Assembly (NCBI GenBank): GCA_036339375.1
Contig: JAYZBC010000025.1
Coordinates: forward strand, 27,271 to 91,270
Reading direction: 5' to 3'
Source of the DNA: Pseudomonadota bacterium
GTDB lineage: Bacteria > Pseudomonadota > Alphaproteobacteria > MPNO01 > UBA2964
DNA length: 64,000 nucleotides
Below the pieces are notes generated by a model that saw only the letters and a program-made list of their open reading frames with translations, ran no database searches and was not told where the DNA came from. Positions 27,800 through 37,304 of the stretch are shown here, in pieces. Position numbers and translations under genes: made by a program. Numbering within the stretch: the stretch's first letter is position 1; each line of letters begins with the position of its first letter.

Positions 27800-28962
27800 T
27801 GAGATTTTCATTCTTTCACTTAATGCCCTATGGTGCCGTTGATCTGGAGGCTATTACGGAAACAGCCTGGATTGTATTTTCTAACAGCAATTATGACCCG
27901 AAGGAAGGTCACAAACTTTATAACAGATATCTCGACGAGTTAGAGTATGCCGATCAACTTGGTTTTGATGGCGTTTGCGTTAATGAGCATCATCAGACAG
28001 CTTACGGCATGATGCCACAACCCAGCGTTTTAGCTGGAGCACTTTCCCGAAGAACAAGCAATGCTAAAATTTGTGTTTTAGGGCGTGCCCTCCCACTAAC
28101 CGAAAACCCCCTATCAATCGCGGAAGAATATGCGATGATAGATAACGTAACCGGTGGCCGTCTTATTGCTGGATTTGTTAGGGGAATTGGTTGCGAATAC
28201 CATTCTTATATGGTCAACCCTAGTGAATCTCTGTCACGATTTCACGAGGCACACGATTTAATTTTACAAGCATGGACTAAACCAGGACCAACCCCTTTCG
28301 AAGGCAAATATTACCGTTTTCAATATGTTAACCTTTGGCCACGCCCTTATCAACAACCGCATCCGCCTATCTGGATTCCGTCACAAGGGTCCACGGAAAC
28401 CAAAGACTGGGCGTCTCATCCTGACCGGAAATATACTCTTTTGATGACATTCAGCCCTGTTAAAAATGTAATACGAAATCTAAATGCATACGCGGAAAAA
28501 TGCCAGGAATACGGTTACCAATGTTCACCTGAACAACTAGGTTGGGCTTTGCCACTTTATGTGGCTGAGACTGATGAAAAAGCAATAAAGGATGCACGCC
28601 CCCACGTCGAAAATTTCTTCAATAAATTTATCCTAGCTCCCACAGAGTTTCGTATGCCTCCGGGTTATTCCTCTATTAACTCTTATAAAATGATAATGGA
28701 AAATAAAATGAAATTCCGGGAACAATTCTTGTCTATAGAAATGTTGATGGAAAACGGCATGTTCGTTTGTGGAAGTCCGGCTACCGTTGCTGAAAAACTC
28801 GAAGGTTATCAAAACGAAATGGGTTACGGCAATTTAGTTATTATGGGCCAATTTGGTACTTTAGGGCATGAAGCAGTTAAAACGAGTATGCAAATGTTTG
28901 CTGAAGAAGTGATGCCTAAACTCCGCCCCATAGGAATGTCAAGCGCCGCAGCTGCGGAGTAG
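27796..28962 (+). CDS. LLM-class flavin-dependent monooxygenase (second copy)
   Basis: About 388 aa from ATG 27796 (MMRFSFFHLMPYG...) with an AAGGAG SD. LLM signature. Translationally coupled to the hydrolase. Confidence 0.7.
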   Translation: MMRFSFFHLMPYGAVDLEAITETAWIVFSNSNYDPKEGHKLYNRYLDELEYADQLGFDGVCVNEHHQTAYGMMPQPSVLAGALSRRTSNAKICVLGRALPLTENPLSIAEEYAMIDNVTGGRLIAGFVRGIGCEYHSYMVNPSESLSRFHEAHDLILQAWTKPGPTPFEGKYYRFQYVNLWPRPYQQPHPPIWIPSQGSTETKDWASHPDRKYTLLMTFSPVKNVIRNLNAYAEKCQEYGYQCSPEQLGWALPLYVAETDEKAIKDARPHVENFFNKFILAPTEFRMPPGYSSINSYKMIMENKMKFREQFLSIEMLMENGMFVCGSPATVAEKLEGYQNEMGYGNLVIMGQFGTLGHEAVKTSMQMFAEEVMPKLRPIGMSSAAAAE

Positions 28963-29106
28963 AAATTTAGCTACATTTGCAAAAACGGCATGATAATACC
29001 CTAACAATCTAAATCTTGACTTAAATACGACGTCCAGTAGGACTTTTTAACGGCTGCTTCCAAGTTCCGTCCTAGAAAGAGGTATACTAAAGGAAAACCT
29101 TAATCA

Positions 29107-30039
29107 TTAACCTAAAATTTTATCGATCATTGCTAAATCCTGTTCATCCATTTTCCAATCGGCTGCAGCAGCATTTTGTGCTAGCTGTTCTCTGCGTGTT
29201 GCCCCTGCAATCACACTAGCAGTAATTTTTTGAGAAGAAAGCCACGAAATTGCTAGGGTGAGTAGATTAAAACCGCGTGAGTTTGAAAATTTTTCGAGTT
29301 CTTCCAAACGTCTAAAATCCACTTTGGCCATGGCTGCCTCTCCTTCCAATCGACTTCCTTTTGGGGCATCAGCCCCCCGCCGGTATTTTCCCGTAAGGAG
29401 ACCTTTTGCTATAGGATAGTAGGGCAAAATTTTCACATTTCTTGAATTACAAATTGGCTTGAGATCTGTTTCAATACCCCTATCCAATACGTTCCAACAA
29501 TTTTGTGCTGTTACAAACCCTCTATAATTTTCTTTAACTGATATTGTTTGAGCTTCCTCTAACTGCATCCCAGAAAAATTTGAACAACCAAACAATCGGA
29601 TTTTTCCAACGGTAACTAAATCATTTAATGTACCAAGTGTTTCTTCGATAGGTGTAGAGGAATCAGGAGTATGTATTTGATAAAGATCAACGTGGTCTGT
29701 CCGCAATTTTTTGAGGCTTAAATCAATAGCTGCCATAATATTTTCCCTGGTACCTTTCCCTTTTCCGGGGACATGTTGCATTGTCAGGCCAAATTTCGTG
29801 GCGAGAATTACTTCATGACGACAATCTTTCAAAGCGTTTCCAATAAACTCTTCAGACAATCCACCACCATAATTTTCTGCTGTGTCGAAAAAAGTGATTT
29901 CCGCTTCAAGAGCCGCTTTTATTACTTCTTTACTGGCCTCCTCATTAATACGTCGGCCGAATGCGTTACATCCTAAACCAACAATCGAAATATCAAATCC
30001 CTCCTCACCACCAATCTTACGAGTTTCCATGATCCTCAT
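29107..30039 (-). CDS. Aldo/keto reductase
   Basis: 310 aa with AKR motifs (...GLGCNAFGRR..., ...ENYGGG...). Confidence 0.8.
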   Translation of the reverse strand: MRIMETRKIGGEEGFDISIVGLGCNAFGRRINEEASKEVIKAALEAEITFFDTAENYGGGLSEEFIGNALKDCRHEVILATKFGLTMQHVPGKGKGTRENIMAAIDLSLKKLRTDHVDLYQIHTPDSSTPIEETLGTLNDLVTVGKIRLFGCSNFSGMQLEEAQTISVKENYRGFVTAQNCWNVLDRGIETDLKPICNSRNVKILPYYPIAKGLLTGKYRRGADAPKGSRLEGEAAMAKVDFRRLEELEKFSNSRGFNLLTLAISWLSSQKITASVIAGATRREQLAQNAAAADWKMDEQDLAMIDKILG

Positions 30040-30201
30040 CCCTTTTTCACCTAAAGCCAGTAATTCAAACAGAAATTACAAAAAATTAGTTAACAATTTG
30101 GTAATTTGTTATTTTTTTAACGGCAAATAGGTTAGAACATAAGCAATAAATTCGCACTGACAGAATTACCCTTAAACTTCGAATCCAATCGAGCCCTTAA
30201 T

Positions 30202-31509
30202 TTGAACGAAAACCTATCCAAAAAAAAGCCCCGCACTTCAAATATCAAATCGGGCAATATAATTCTTTCATCTAGAGACGAATTGACCGCATATTCCACA
30301 GCTTTTATTAGCAGCGGAATTTTACCCATGATCCAGCTGATTGTGCCTCTTTGGTGTTTGGTCGAATTGGGAATGTCGGCTACGATGATTGGGATAGCAG
30401 CCGGTGCGAGGTCACTTTTAGCAGCCTTTTTTTCAATTCACAGTGGAGCTTTGTTGGACCGTATTGGCGTTCGACGGGTAATGGTTTTTTGTACCGTTGT
30501 TAGCATTGCCCTTACTCTAGTTTATCCTCTGGTGCCCATTATAACCTCTGTAATAGCAATTCAGTTAGCCATGATTGTTCTTCTGCAATTAGTTACAGGT
30601 TTCTTACACACAATCGGATGGATCGGTTCCCAAACACAGATTGGACAATTAAGCAAAGGTTCTCCAAAACACATGGGACGGTTTACCGCTGTAACCAATT
30701 TAGCTCTTTTTTTTACACCCCCGTTAGCCGGTTGGGCATGGGATTTTGGCCAAAGTACAAATTACGGGGGCGCGTGGCTGGCTTTCATTGTTATAGCGTT
30801 ATGTAATGTATTGCTTTGGGTTTCAGTTGCTCTAATGCCAATTCCAAAATCTGTTTCCGTCCCAACTTCTTTTCCTCTACTGCGATCACTCTCACCATCT
30901 TTAATAGACTACAAACAAGCGTTTCACCTGTTTTTAACTCCCACTGTCGCTTTTGTCGTTGTCGCCTCTTTCCTTATAAATGGTTTAATTCAAGTTAGGA
31001 TGAATTTTATGTCCCTTTACATGGAATCTGTGGGCTATGAAGGAAGAATTATCGGGTTAATGATGGGTCTTGCTTTTTTAATAGCAGGAATAACTGCACT
31101 GCCAACTGAGAGAGCGAAACGTTACATGGCACCGCATTGGATTGTTCTTTTAATGATAATTCTGACAGCCCTGGGAAATGGGTTGGTACCGTTATTTGAA
31201 GGAATTTCGGGTCTCACTTTTTCTACAATTTTATTTGGTGGGGGCGTTGGGTTAGGCATGGCCTATGTACTAATGTTACTTTCTAGGAGTGTCCCAATTA
31301 GTCAATTTGGCTTGAGTGTAGGATTACGAACAACGGGAAACAGGGTGGGTGCTACAATCGTTCCACCAATTGCGGGGCTTGCTATTGACTTTGCAGGTGG
31401 GGATATTGGTGTCGGATTTTACGTTATGTCTATCATATTTTCGTTAGGAGCTTTGGGGATTGGAATATTAGCAATACGGTCAAAAAACTTAAAATATACT
31501 TTTTTATAA
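30202..31509 (+). CDS. MFS transporter
   Basis: 435 aa with about 12 predicted hydrophobic helices and an MFS loop motif region. The exact start is uncertain. Confidence 0.7.
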   Translation: MNENLSKKKPRTSNIKSGNIILSSRDELTAYSTAFISSGILPMIQLIVPLWCLVELGMSATMIGIAAGARSLLAAFFSIHSGALLDRIGVRRVMVFCTVVSIALTLVYPLVPIITSVIAIQLAMIVLLQLVTGFLHTIGWIGSQTQIGQLSKGSPKHMGRFTAVTNLALFFTPPLAGWAWDFGQSTNYGGAWLAFIVIALCNVLLWVSVALMPIPKSVSVPTSFPLLRSLSPSLIDYKQAFHLFLTPTVAFVVVASFLINGLIQVRMNFMSLYMESVGYEGRIIGLMMGLAFLIAGITALPTERAKRYMAPHWIVLLMIILTALGNGLVPLFEGISGLTFSTILFGGGVGLGMAYVLMLLSRSVPISQFGLSVGLRTTGNRVGATIVPPIAGLAIDFAGGDIGVGFYVMSIIFSLGALGIGILAIRSKNLKYTFL

Positions 31510-31577
31510 GAATTAACTTGGCATCATATTCAAACTATGAAAAAAGCAGCCAAACGGTTTTCTAAAAGGATAAAATC

Positions 31578-32867
31578 ATGACGGACAGCAAAAACCCAGA
31601 GACGATAGCCCTACATGGTGGATGGCGCCGTGACGAAAGTACGACTGCTGTAGCAGTTCCAATTTATCAAACAACGTCTTATCAATTTGATAGCCCTGAT
31701 CACGCAGCCAAGTTGTTCGGACTAGAAGAGTTGGGGAATATTTATACCCGAATTATGAACCCTACTACTGATGTATTCGAAAAGCGTGTAGCTGCTTTAG
31801 AAGGTGGCGTTGCAGGACTTGCCACAAGCTCGGGACAAGCCGCTGAATTTATTGCTATCACAAATATTACACATTCGGGCGATAACATTGTGAGTTCAAC
31901 AGATTTGTACGGAGGAACTTGGAACTTATTTCAAAATACTTTGAACACGATGGGAATTGAAGTGAGATTTGTAGATCCTGCAGACCCAGAAGCCTTTCTC
32001 AGGGCAACAGACAAACGTACCCGTTGTTATTTCGCGGAGACTTTGCCAAATCCAAAACTTGAAGTCTTCCCCATTGGTGAAGTAGCAAAAATCGGTATAG
32101 AACATGGAATTCCATTAATTATGGACAATACAGCCTCTCCAATTATCTGCCGTCCGATCGATCATGGTGCTGCTATAGTTGTACATTCCACCACCAAATA
32201 TATTGGCGGTCATGGTACTTCAATTGGTGGAATGATTGTTGATAGTGGTAATTTCGATTGGAGTACAAATAGTGACCGATTTCCTATGCTCAACCAACCA
32301 GATCCAAGTTACCACGGTGCTATATGGACGGAAGCAGTAAAACCACTTGGCCCAATCGCTTATATAATTAAAGCTAGAGTAACCCTCCTACGTGATATTG
32401 GCGCTTCCATGAGCCCATTCAATTCATTTCAATTTATTCAGGGACTTGAAACCTTAGCACTTCGTATGGAACGTCATTGCCAAAATACAAAAGCTGTTGC
32501 CGACTTTTTATCAGGACATGAAAAAGTTGAGCGTGTAATTTATCCGGGCCTGATGGAAGGAGAACCCAAACGTCGCGCAGATACCTATTTATCAGGAGGA
32601 TATGGTGCTCTTGTTGGGTTTGAACTTGTAAAAGGTGCAGAAGCCGGGAAAAGTTTTATTGAAGCTTTAGAACTATTTTACCATGTGGCGAATATTGGCG
32701 ATTCAAGAAGCCTTGCAATTCATCCAGCGACAACGACCCATTCTCAACTTAGTAAAGAAGAACAGCTGAAAACGGGGGTCACAGAAGGATACGTTCGTTT
32801 AGCAGTTGGCATTGAGCACATTGACGATATTCTTGAAGACCTTAAAAATGCTCTTGATATTGTTTAA
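31578..32867 (+). CDS. metY: O-acetylhomoserine aminocarboxypropyltransferase (sulfhydrylase)
   Basis: 429 aa with strong MetY/Cys-Met PLP enzyme similarity, including the PLP-lysine region. Confidence 0.85.
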   Translation: MTDSKNPETIALHGGWRRDESTTAVAVPIYQTTSYQFDSPDHAAKLFGLEELGNIYTRIMNPTTDVFEKRVAALEGGVAGLATSSGQAAEFIAITNITHSGDNIVSSTDLYGGTWNLFQNTLNTMGIEVRFVDPADPEAFLRATDKRTRCYFAETLPNPKLEVFPIGEVAKIGIEHGIPLIMDNTASPIICRPIDHGAAIVVHSTTKYIGGHGTSIGGMIVDSGNFDWSTNSDRFPMLNQPDPSYHGAIWTEAVKPLGPIAYIIKARVTLLRDIGASMSPFNSFQFIQGLETLALRMERHCQNTKAVADFLSGHEKVERVIYPGLMEGEPKRRADTYLSGGYGALVGFELVKGAEAGKSFIEALELFYHVANIGDSRSLAIHPATTTHSQLSKEEQLKTGVTEGYVRLAVGIEHIDDILEDLKNALDIV

Positions 32868-32890
32868 TCGTAAAAAGTCACAAATTTAAA

Positions 32891-33904
32891 ATGAAGTCCG
32901 GAATGCATCCAAAGCCAAGTTTTCCCACAACACGTATGCGGCGTAATCGCAGTCATCAATGGATCCGAAATTTAGTGGCTGAAAACAGCCTCTCTGTAAA
33001 TGACCTCATTTTACCTCTATTTGTCCATAGCGGTAACGAACCGAAAATTGAAATTCCATCATTACCGGGTGTCAACAGGCTTTCTGTCGAACAACTTGTC
33101 TCAGAAGTGGGTGAAGCTAAAGATTTAGGAATACCCCTGGTCGCCATTTTTCCAGTTATTGAACCATCTTTAAAAACAGAAGAAGCGGAAGAAGCATATA
33201 ATTCAGATAATTTAATTTGTCGCGCTGTTTCTGCAGTAAAAAAAGAGTCTCTGGAAATTGGCATTATGTGTGATGTCGCCCTCGACCCATTTACAAGCCA
33301 CGGCCATGACGGCCTTTTAAGAGATGGAATTATATCAAATGATGAAACCCTTGAAATCCTATGCAAACAGGCCATTGTCCAAGCTAACGCTGGCTGTGAT
33401 GTCATAGCACCCTCGGATATGATGGATGGACGCATAGGTGCAATACGTTCTGCATTGGATGCAGAGGACATGGAAAATGTTTTGATAATGTCATATGCCG
33501 CTAAATTTGCATCTGGATTGTATAATCCCTTCAGAAATGCTGTCGGCTCTTCAGCTAGTTTAGGTAAAGCAGATAAAAAAACCTATCAAATGGACGCAGC
33601 TAATTCTGATGAGGCATTACGTGAGGTCGCCATGGACATTGAAGAGGGAGCTGATATGGTCATGGTCAAACCTGGCTTGTTCTATCTCGATATCCTTTTA
33701 CGTGTAAAGTCTGCGTTTTCAATGCCTACATTTGCTTATCAAGTTAGTGGAGAATACGCTATTCTTAAAAGCGCGAGTGCCAAAGGTTGGGTGGATGGAG
33801 ATGCAATAATGCTGGAGGCTCTTATAGCATTAAAACGAGCTGGAGCTGATGGAATTCTTACATATTCAGCTTTGGAAATAGCCCGGGAACTCCAAAAAAA
33901 TTAA
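32891..33904 (+). CDS. hemB: Porphobilinogen synthase (delta-aminolevulinate dehydratase)
   Basis: 337 aa with the HemB N-terminal signature (FPTTRMRRNR...) and active-site lysine regions. Confidence 0.85.
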   Translation: MKSGMHPKPSFPTTRMRRNRSHQWIRNLVAENSLSVNDLILPLFVHSGNEPKIEIPSLPGVNRLSVEQLVSEVGEAKDLGIPLVAIFPVIEPSLKTEEAEEAYNSDNLICRAVSAVKKESLEIGIMCDVALDPFTSHGHDGLLRDGIISNDETLEILCKQAIVQANAGCDVIAPSDMMDGRIGAIRSALDAEDMENVLIMSYAAKFASGLYNPFRNAVGSSASLGKADKKTYQMDAANSDEALREVAMDIEEGADMVMVKPGLFYLDILLRVKSAFSMPTFAYQVSGEYAILKSASAKGWVDGDAIMLEALIALKRAGADGILTYSALEIARELQKN

Positions 33905-33981
33905 CTCAAATTTATCCCTCTTATTAAAATCCATAGAATTTGGTATGGCTAATTTGATAAGAAATTACCAACTAAAAGGAA

Positions 33982-34473
33982 TTAGCAAGATAAATCAGCA
34001 TAACCGCCCCGATAAAAAATAATGGGCTTAACGTCCAAACCGGAAGAAACTAAGTTTTTTACTTCGCCTGCAACTATTACATGATCACCGCCATCAAAAA
34101 GAGAGGTGATACAACCCTCCAAATTTGCAAGGCAACCCCGCAGAATAGGGCATCCGTTTTGTCCTTTATCGTATTCAAAACCTACCCATTTCTCGGGACC
34201 GCTTTCTGCGAAACGTTTGGATACTTCTTTTTGTTCCGCCGACAAAATGTTTATACCGAAACCCCCTCCTACTATGAAAGCGTCAAAACTTTGTATTTTC
34301 CTATCAAGACAAAATAAAACCATGGGGGGATCAAGAGACAAAGATGTAAAAGAATTTGCCGTTAGTCCTACAGGCGTACCATCAGCCTCCAATGTAGTAA
34401 TAACTGTTATCCCGGTGGCAAAACAACCAACAGTGTTCCGAAACTCTTTTGAATCGACCGTCATGGAGACCAC
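33982..34473 (-). CDS. Flavin reductase domain protein (NAD(P)H:flavin oxidoreductase, HpaC-like)
   Basis: 163 aa with the flavin-reductase-like signature (...FRNTVGCFATGITVITT...). Confidence 0.7.
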   Translation of the reverse strand: MVSMTVDSKEFRNTVGCFATGITVITTLEADGTPVGLTANSFTSLSLDPPMVLFCLDRKIQSFDAFIVGGGFGINILSAEQKEVSKRFAESGPEKWVGFEYDKGQNGCPILRGCLANLEGCITSLFDGGDHVIVAGEVKNLVSSGLDVKPIIFYRGGYADLSC

Positions 34474-34541
34474 CTTAATAGTTATGATTTATAGGATGAT
34501 GGCGTGGATAACCATCGATGTCAAAAAATGTGCCGTGGAGT

Positions 34542-34997
34542 CTATTTTTTTACAAATGTGTAATAAAGACCTCGGCCACTTGCTATAAGTTTAGTATCAG
34601 AATCAAAAATTTCAGCTTTGGCGGTAGAAAATGTTTTACCAATTCGGATAATACTTCCAACAGCTTTTAGACTTCCAGGCATTGCAGCCCTATGATAATC
34701 AATCCTCATATCAACCGTTGGCGCTGGAGAACCTAGTTTGGCTGCTATCATGAAGTCAGCAGCTACATCCACAAGGGCGCCAAGTATGCCTCCATGTGTT
34801 ACTTTGGCTTTAGGGTTTGAAATCATTTCCTCCCGCCATTTCATTGTAATTTCTATTTTATCCTCGTTGAGTTCAACAATGTTTAAACCCATCCACTGGT
34901 TAAAATGATTAGCTACCAACCGCTTTTGCAATTCTTCAATTGTTTTTATGTTTTTTGACACTTTTTTCTCCTGGTAAACGAAACATATTTTTAGCAT
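34542..34997 (-). CDS. Hotdog-fold thioesterase (PaaI/YbgC-like)
   Basis: 151 aa with the hotdog thioesterase pattern (...VTHGGILGALVDVAADFM...). Confidence 0.6.
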   Translation of the reverse strand: MLKICFVYQEKKVSKNIKTIEELQKRLVANHFNQWMGLNIVELNEDKIEITMKWREEMISNPKAKVTHGGILGALVDVAADFMIAAKLGSPAPTVDMRIDYHRAAMPGSLKAVGSIIRIGKTFSTAKAEIFDSDTKLIASGRGLYYTFVKK

Positions 34998-35164
34998 GAA
35001 ATATATTTCACGGGGCAGTTAAACTAAGAAACCTTTTGAATAAAATTTGATATACTAAAAATAATTAACCAAACTTTTCAAAAGATCTGGGCACACCAAA
35101 GTTTCTAGTGTTAAAATTGATAACGTTTTTTAAGACCATATTTTTCAAATTTTAAAATGAATTT

Positions 35165-35896
35165 ATGAACGATTCGTCTAACATTCACCTAGAAAAACAA
35201 TTTGTGGCAACTCCTGCTTTACCATGCCCGTACATTCCTGGGCAGACCGAACGCAAACTCGTTACAGAATTAGTCACAAAAAAAGCAGTCGATTTTTATG
35301 AAGAGCTTTCACAAATCGGCTTCCGACGAAGTCATGGACTCGCTTATAAACCCATATGCCCCAATTGTAACTCTTGTGTTCCAGTGAGAATTCGTGTTGG
35401 TGATTTTAAATGGACCAGAACGTTTCGCCGTATGATGAAACAAAATGTTGACTTGCTAAGTAAAGACATGGTCGCCCACGCTACAATAGAACAATACAAT
35501 TTGTTTAACCGATATCAAAGATTTCGCCATACTGGTGGAGAGATGGCCACCATGGCTTTTCGTGATTTTCAGGCGATGGTAGAACATAGCCCAATAGAAA
35601 CTCGAATAATCGAATTTAGAGATATACATGAAGATTTAGTTGGCGTTATGTTAGCGGATAGACAAAAAGATGCACTTTCCGCTGTTTACAGTGTTTTTGA
35701 TCCAAGGATAAAAAAACGTGGACTAGGTACATACATGGTTTTATGGATGGTAAAACGCGCAGAAGAACTGAAGCTTTCTTATATTTACCTTGGTTATTGG
35801 GTTAAAGAGAGTTCAAAAATGTCTTATAAAGAACGTTTTAGACCTTTGGAGGGCTTTACCACCAAAGGTTGGAAAACTCTTCGAAACTCTGCATAA
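35165..35896 (+). CDS. bpt: Arginyl/leucyl-tRNA--protein transferase, bacterial Bpt type
   Basis: 243 aa with the ATE N/C domain pattern (...CPYIPGQTERKL..., ...FRRSHGLAYKPICPNCNSCVPVR...). Confidence 0.75.
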   Translation: MNDSSNIHLEKQFVATPALPCPYIPGQTERKLVTELVTKKAVDFYEELSQIGFRRSHGLAYKPICPNCNSCVPVRIRVGDFKWTRTFRRMMKQNVDLLSKDMVAHATIEQYNLFNRYQRFRHTGGEMATMAFRDFQAMVEHSPIETRIIEFRDIHEDLVGVMLADRQKDALSAVYSVFDPRIKKRGLGTYMVLWMVKRAEELKLSYIYLGYWVKESSKMSYKERFRPLEGFTTKGWKTLRNSA

Positions 35897-36086
35897 ATCC
35901 TCCATAAGAGATCCTATTCAATTAACTATAAAAGCCACCCTTTTATTGTTCTGAGTGAATTTTGGTATAGTTGCACCAAATTTTACGAACAGATAACATC
36001 AACTAGCTGATCAGGTCTATTTTAATTACGAAGCGCACTCCAGTGATAACTACACTACCTTTTTTGAAATTTTTGGGAGAAAAAAG

Positions 36087-37241
36087 ATGGTTAAAGAAAT
36101 TGTTTCAAAGAACATCAAAGTAAAATCTAATTCTAGCCGTCGGAAATTTTTGAGGGGAGCTGCAGGAGCAACAGCTGCTACGGTTGCTGTATCTAGTTTT
36201 CCCGCACCTGCGTTATCCAAAGGCCACTTACAATGGCGAATGGTTACGACTTGGCCAAAAAATTTTCCGGGCCTTGGGACTGGTGCTAATTTATTAGGAA
36301 AGTTAATTACTGACGGTTCTGGCGGACGACTTACAGTGAAAGTATACGGTTCAAAAGAAATTGTTCCAGCATTTGAATCACTTGATGCAGTCGCAAGTGG
36401 AACCGTTGAAATGGGACATGGTGCCCCTTATTACTGGAAAGGAAAGGTTGCAGCTTCTCAATTTCTTGCGTCTGTACCCTTCGGTATGACCGCACAGGAG
36501 GTTAATGCGTGGTACCAATGGGGAAACGGCCAAAAATTTGGGGACAAAATTTATAATCAAATGGGTGCTAAATTTTTTCCTAGCGGAAATACTGGTGTCC
36601 AAATGGGTGGTTGGTTTAACAAAAAAATGGATAGCATTGGTGATTATAAGGGTTTGAAAATGCGTATACCCGGACTAGGGGGTGAGGTAGTTAAGGCAGC
36701 CGGTGGCAATGTTGTTAATCTCCCTGGGGGAGAAATCCCACCTGCACTTCAATCTGGTGCCTTAGATGCAACGGAATGGGTTGGCCCATATAATGATCTG
36801 GCATTTGGTCTTTATAAGAGTGCGAAGTATTACTATTTTCCTGGTTGGCATGAACCAGCAACAGTGCTTGATAACTTCATTAACATTAAGGCTTGGGAAA
36901 AATTGCCAGGGGATCTCAAGTCAGTTGTTACAGCAGCAAATGCTGCGGTAAATCAAATAGTGCTTAGTGAATTTATGGCGCGAAATAACGCTGCCCTGCA
37001 AACCCTAGTAGGGAAACACAACGTAAATTTGGTCAAATTTCCAAATGCTGTGTTAAACGGTCTAGGAAAACTCGCGGGCGAGGTCATGAGTGATCTTGCT
37101 TCCAAGGATGCCCTAAGTAGGGAAGTAATGGATGATTACCTAAAATTCAGAAAAGGGGCGCTTTCTTGGTCAAGCCGCGCAGAAGGTACCTATCTTCCTG
37201 CACGTTCGTTACCTTTCAAATATGCTTCGCCATCCAAATAA
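36087..37241 (+). CDS. TRAP transporter substrate-binding protein (DctP family) with a twin-arginine-like signal peptide
   Basis: 384 aa. The N-terminus has SRRKFLRGAAGATAATVAV...ALS, followed by a DctP-type solute receptor fold. Confidence 0.75.
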   Translation: MVKEIVSKNIKVKSNSSRRKFLRGAAGATAATVAVSSFPAPALSKGHLQWRMVTTWPKNFPGLGTGANLLGKLITDGSGGRLTVKVYGSKEIVPAFESLDAVASGTVEMGHGAPYYWKGKVAASQFLASVPFGMTAQEVNAWYQWGNGQKFGDKIYNQMGAKFFPSGNTGVQMGGWFNKKMDSIGDYKGLKMRIPGLGGEVVKAAGGNVVNLPGGEIPPALQSGALDATEWVGPYNDLAFGLYKSAKYYYFPGWHEPATVLDNFINIKAWEKLPGDLKSVVTAANAAVNQIVLSEFMARNNAALQTLVGKHNVNLVKFPNAVLNGLGKLAGEVMSDLASKDALSREVMDDYLKFRKGALSWSSRAEGTYLPARSLPFKYASPSK

Positions 37242-37262
37242 GAAGCCAAACTTTGCCTTTAA

Positions 37263-37296
37263 AACTGGCGGGTAGATCCCGCCAGTTCTGTTTTGT
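37263..37296. terminator. Bidirectional rho-independent terminator between the convergent dctP and dctM genes
   Basis: 10-bp GC-rich stem AACTGGCGGG / CCCGCCAGTT with a 5-nt loop. T-rich tract downstream on + (CTGTTTTGT) and an A-run upstream, which is T-rich on the minus strand. Confidence 0.6.
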
Positions 37297-37304
37297 AACT
37301 CTTT

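Noticed and set aside
28963-29106. Possible terminator hairpin (GTCC-AGTA-GGAC then TTTTT) after the second LLM gene
   Set aside because: The stem is only 4-5 bp and too weak to call confidently.
31510-31577. Looked for a SAM/Met riboswitch upstream of metY
   Set aside because: The leader is only about 68 nt of AT-rich sequence with no conserved riboswitch-like helices.
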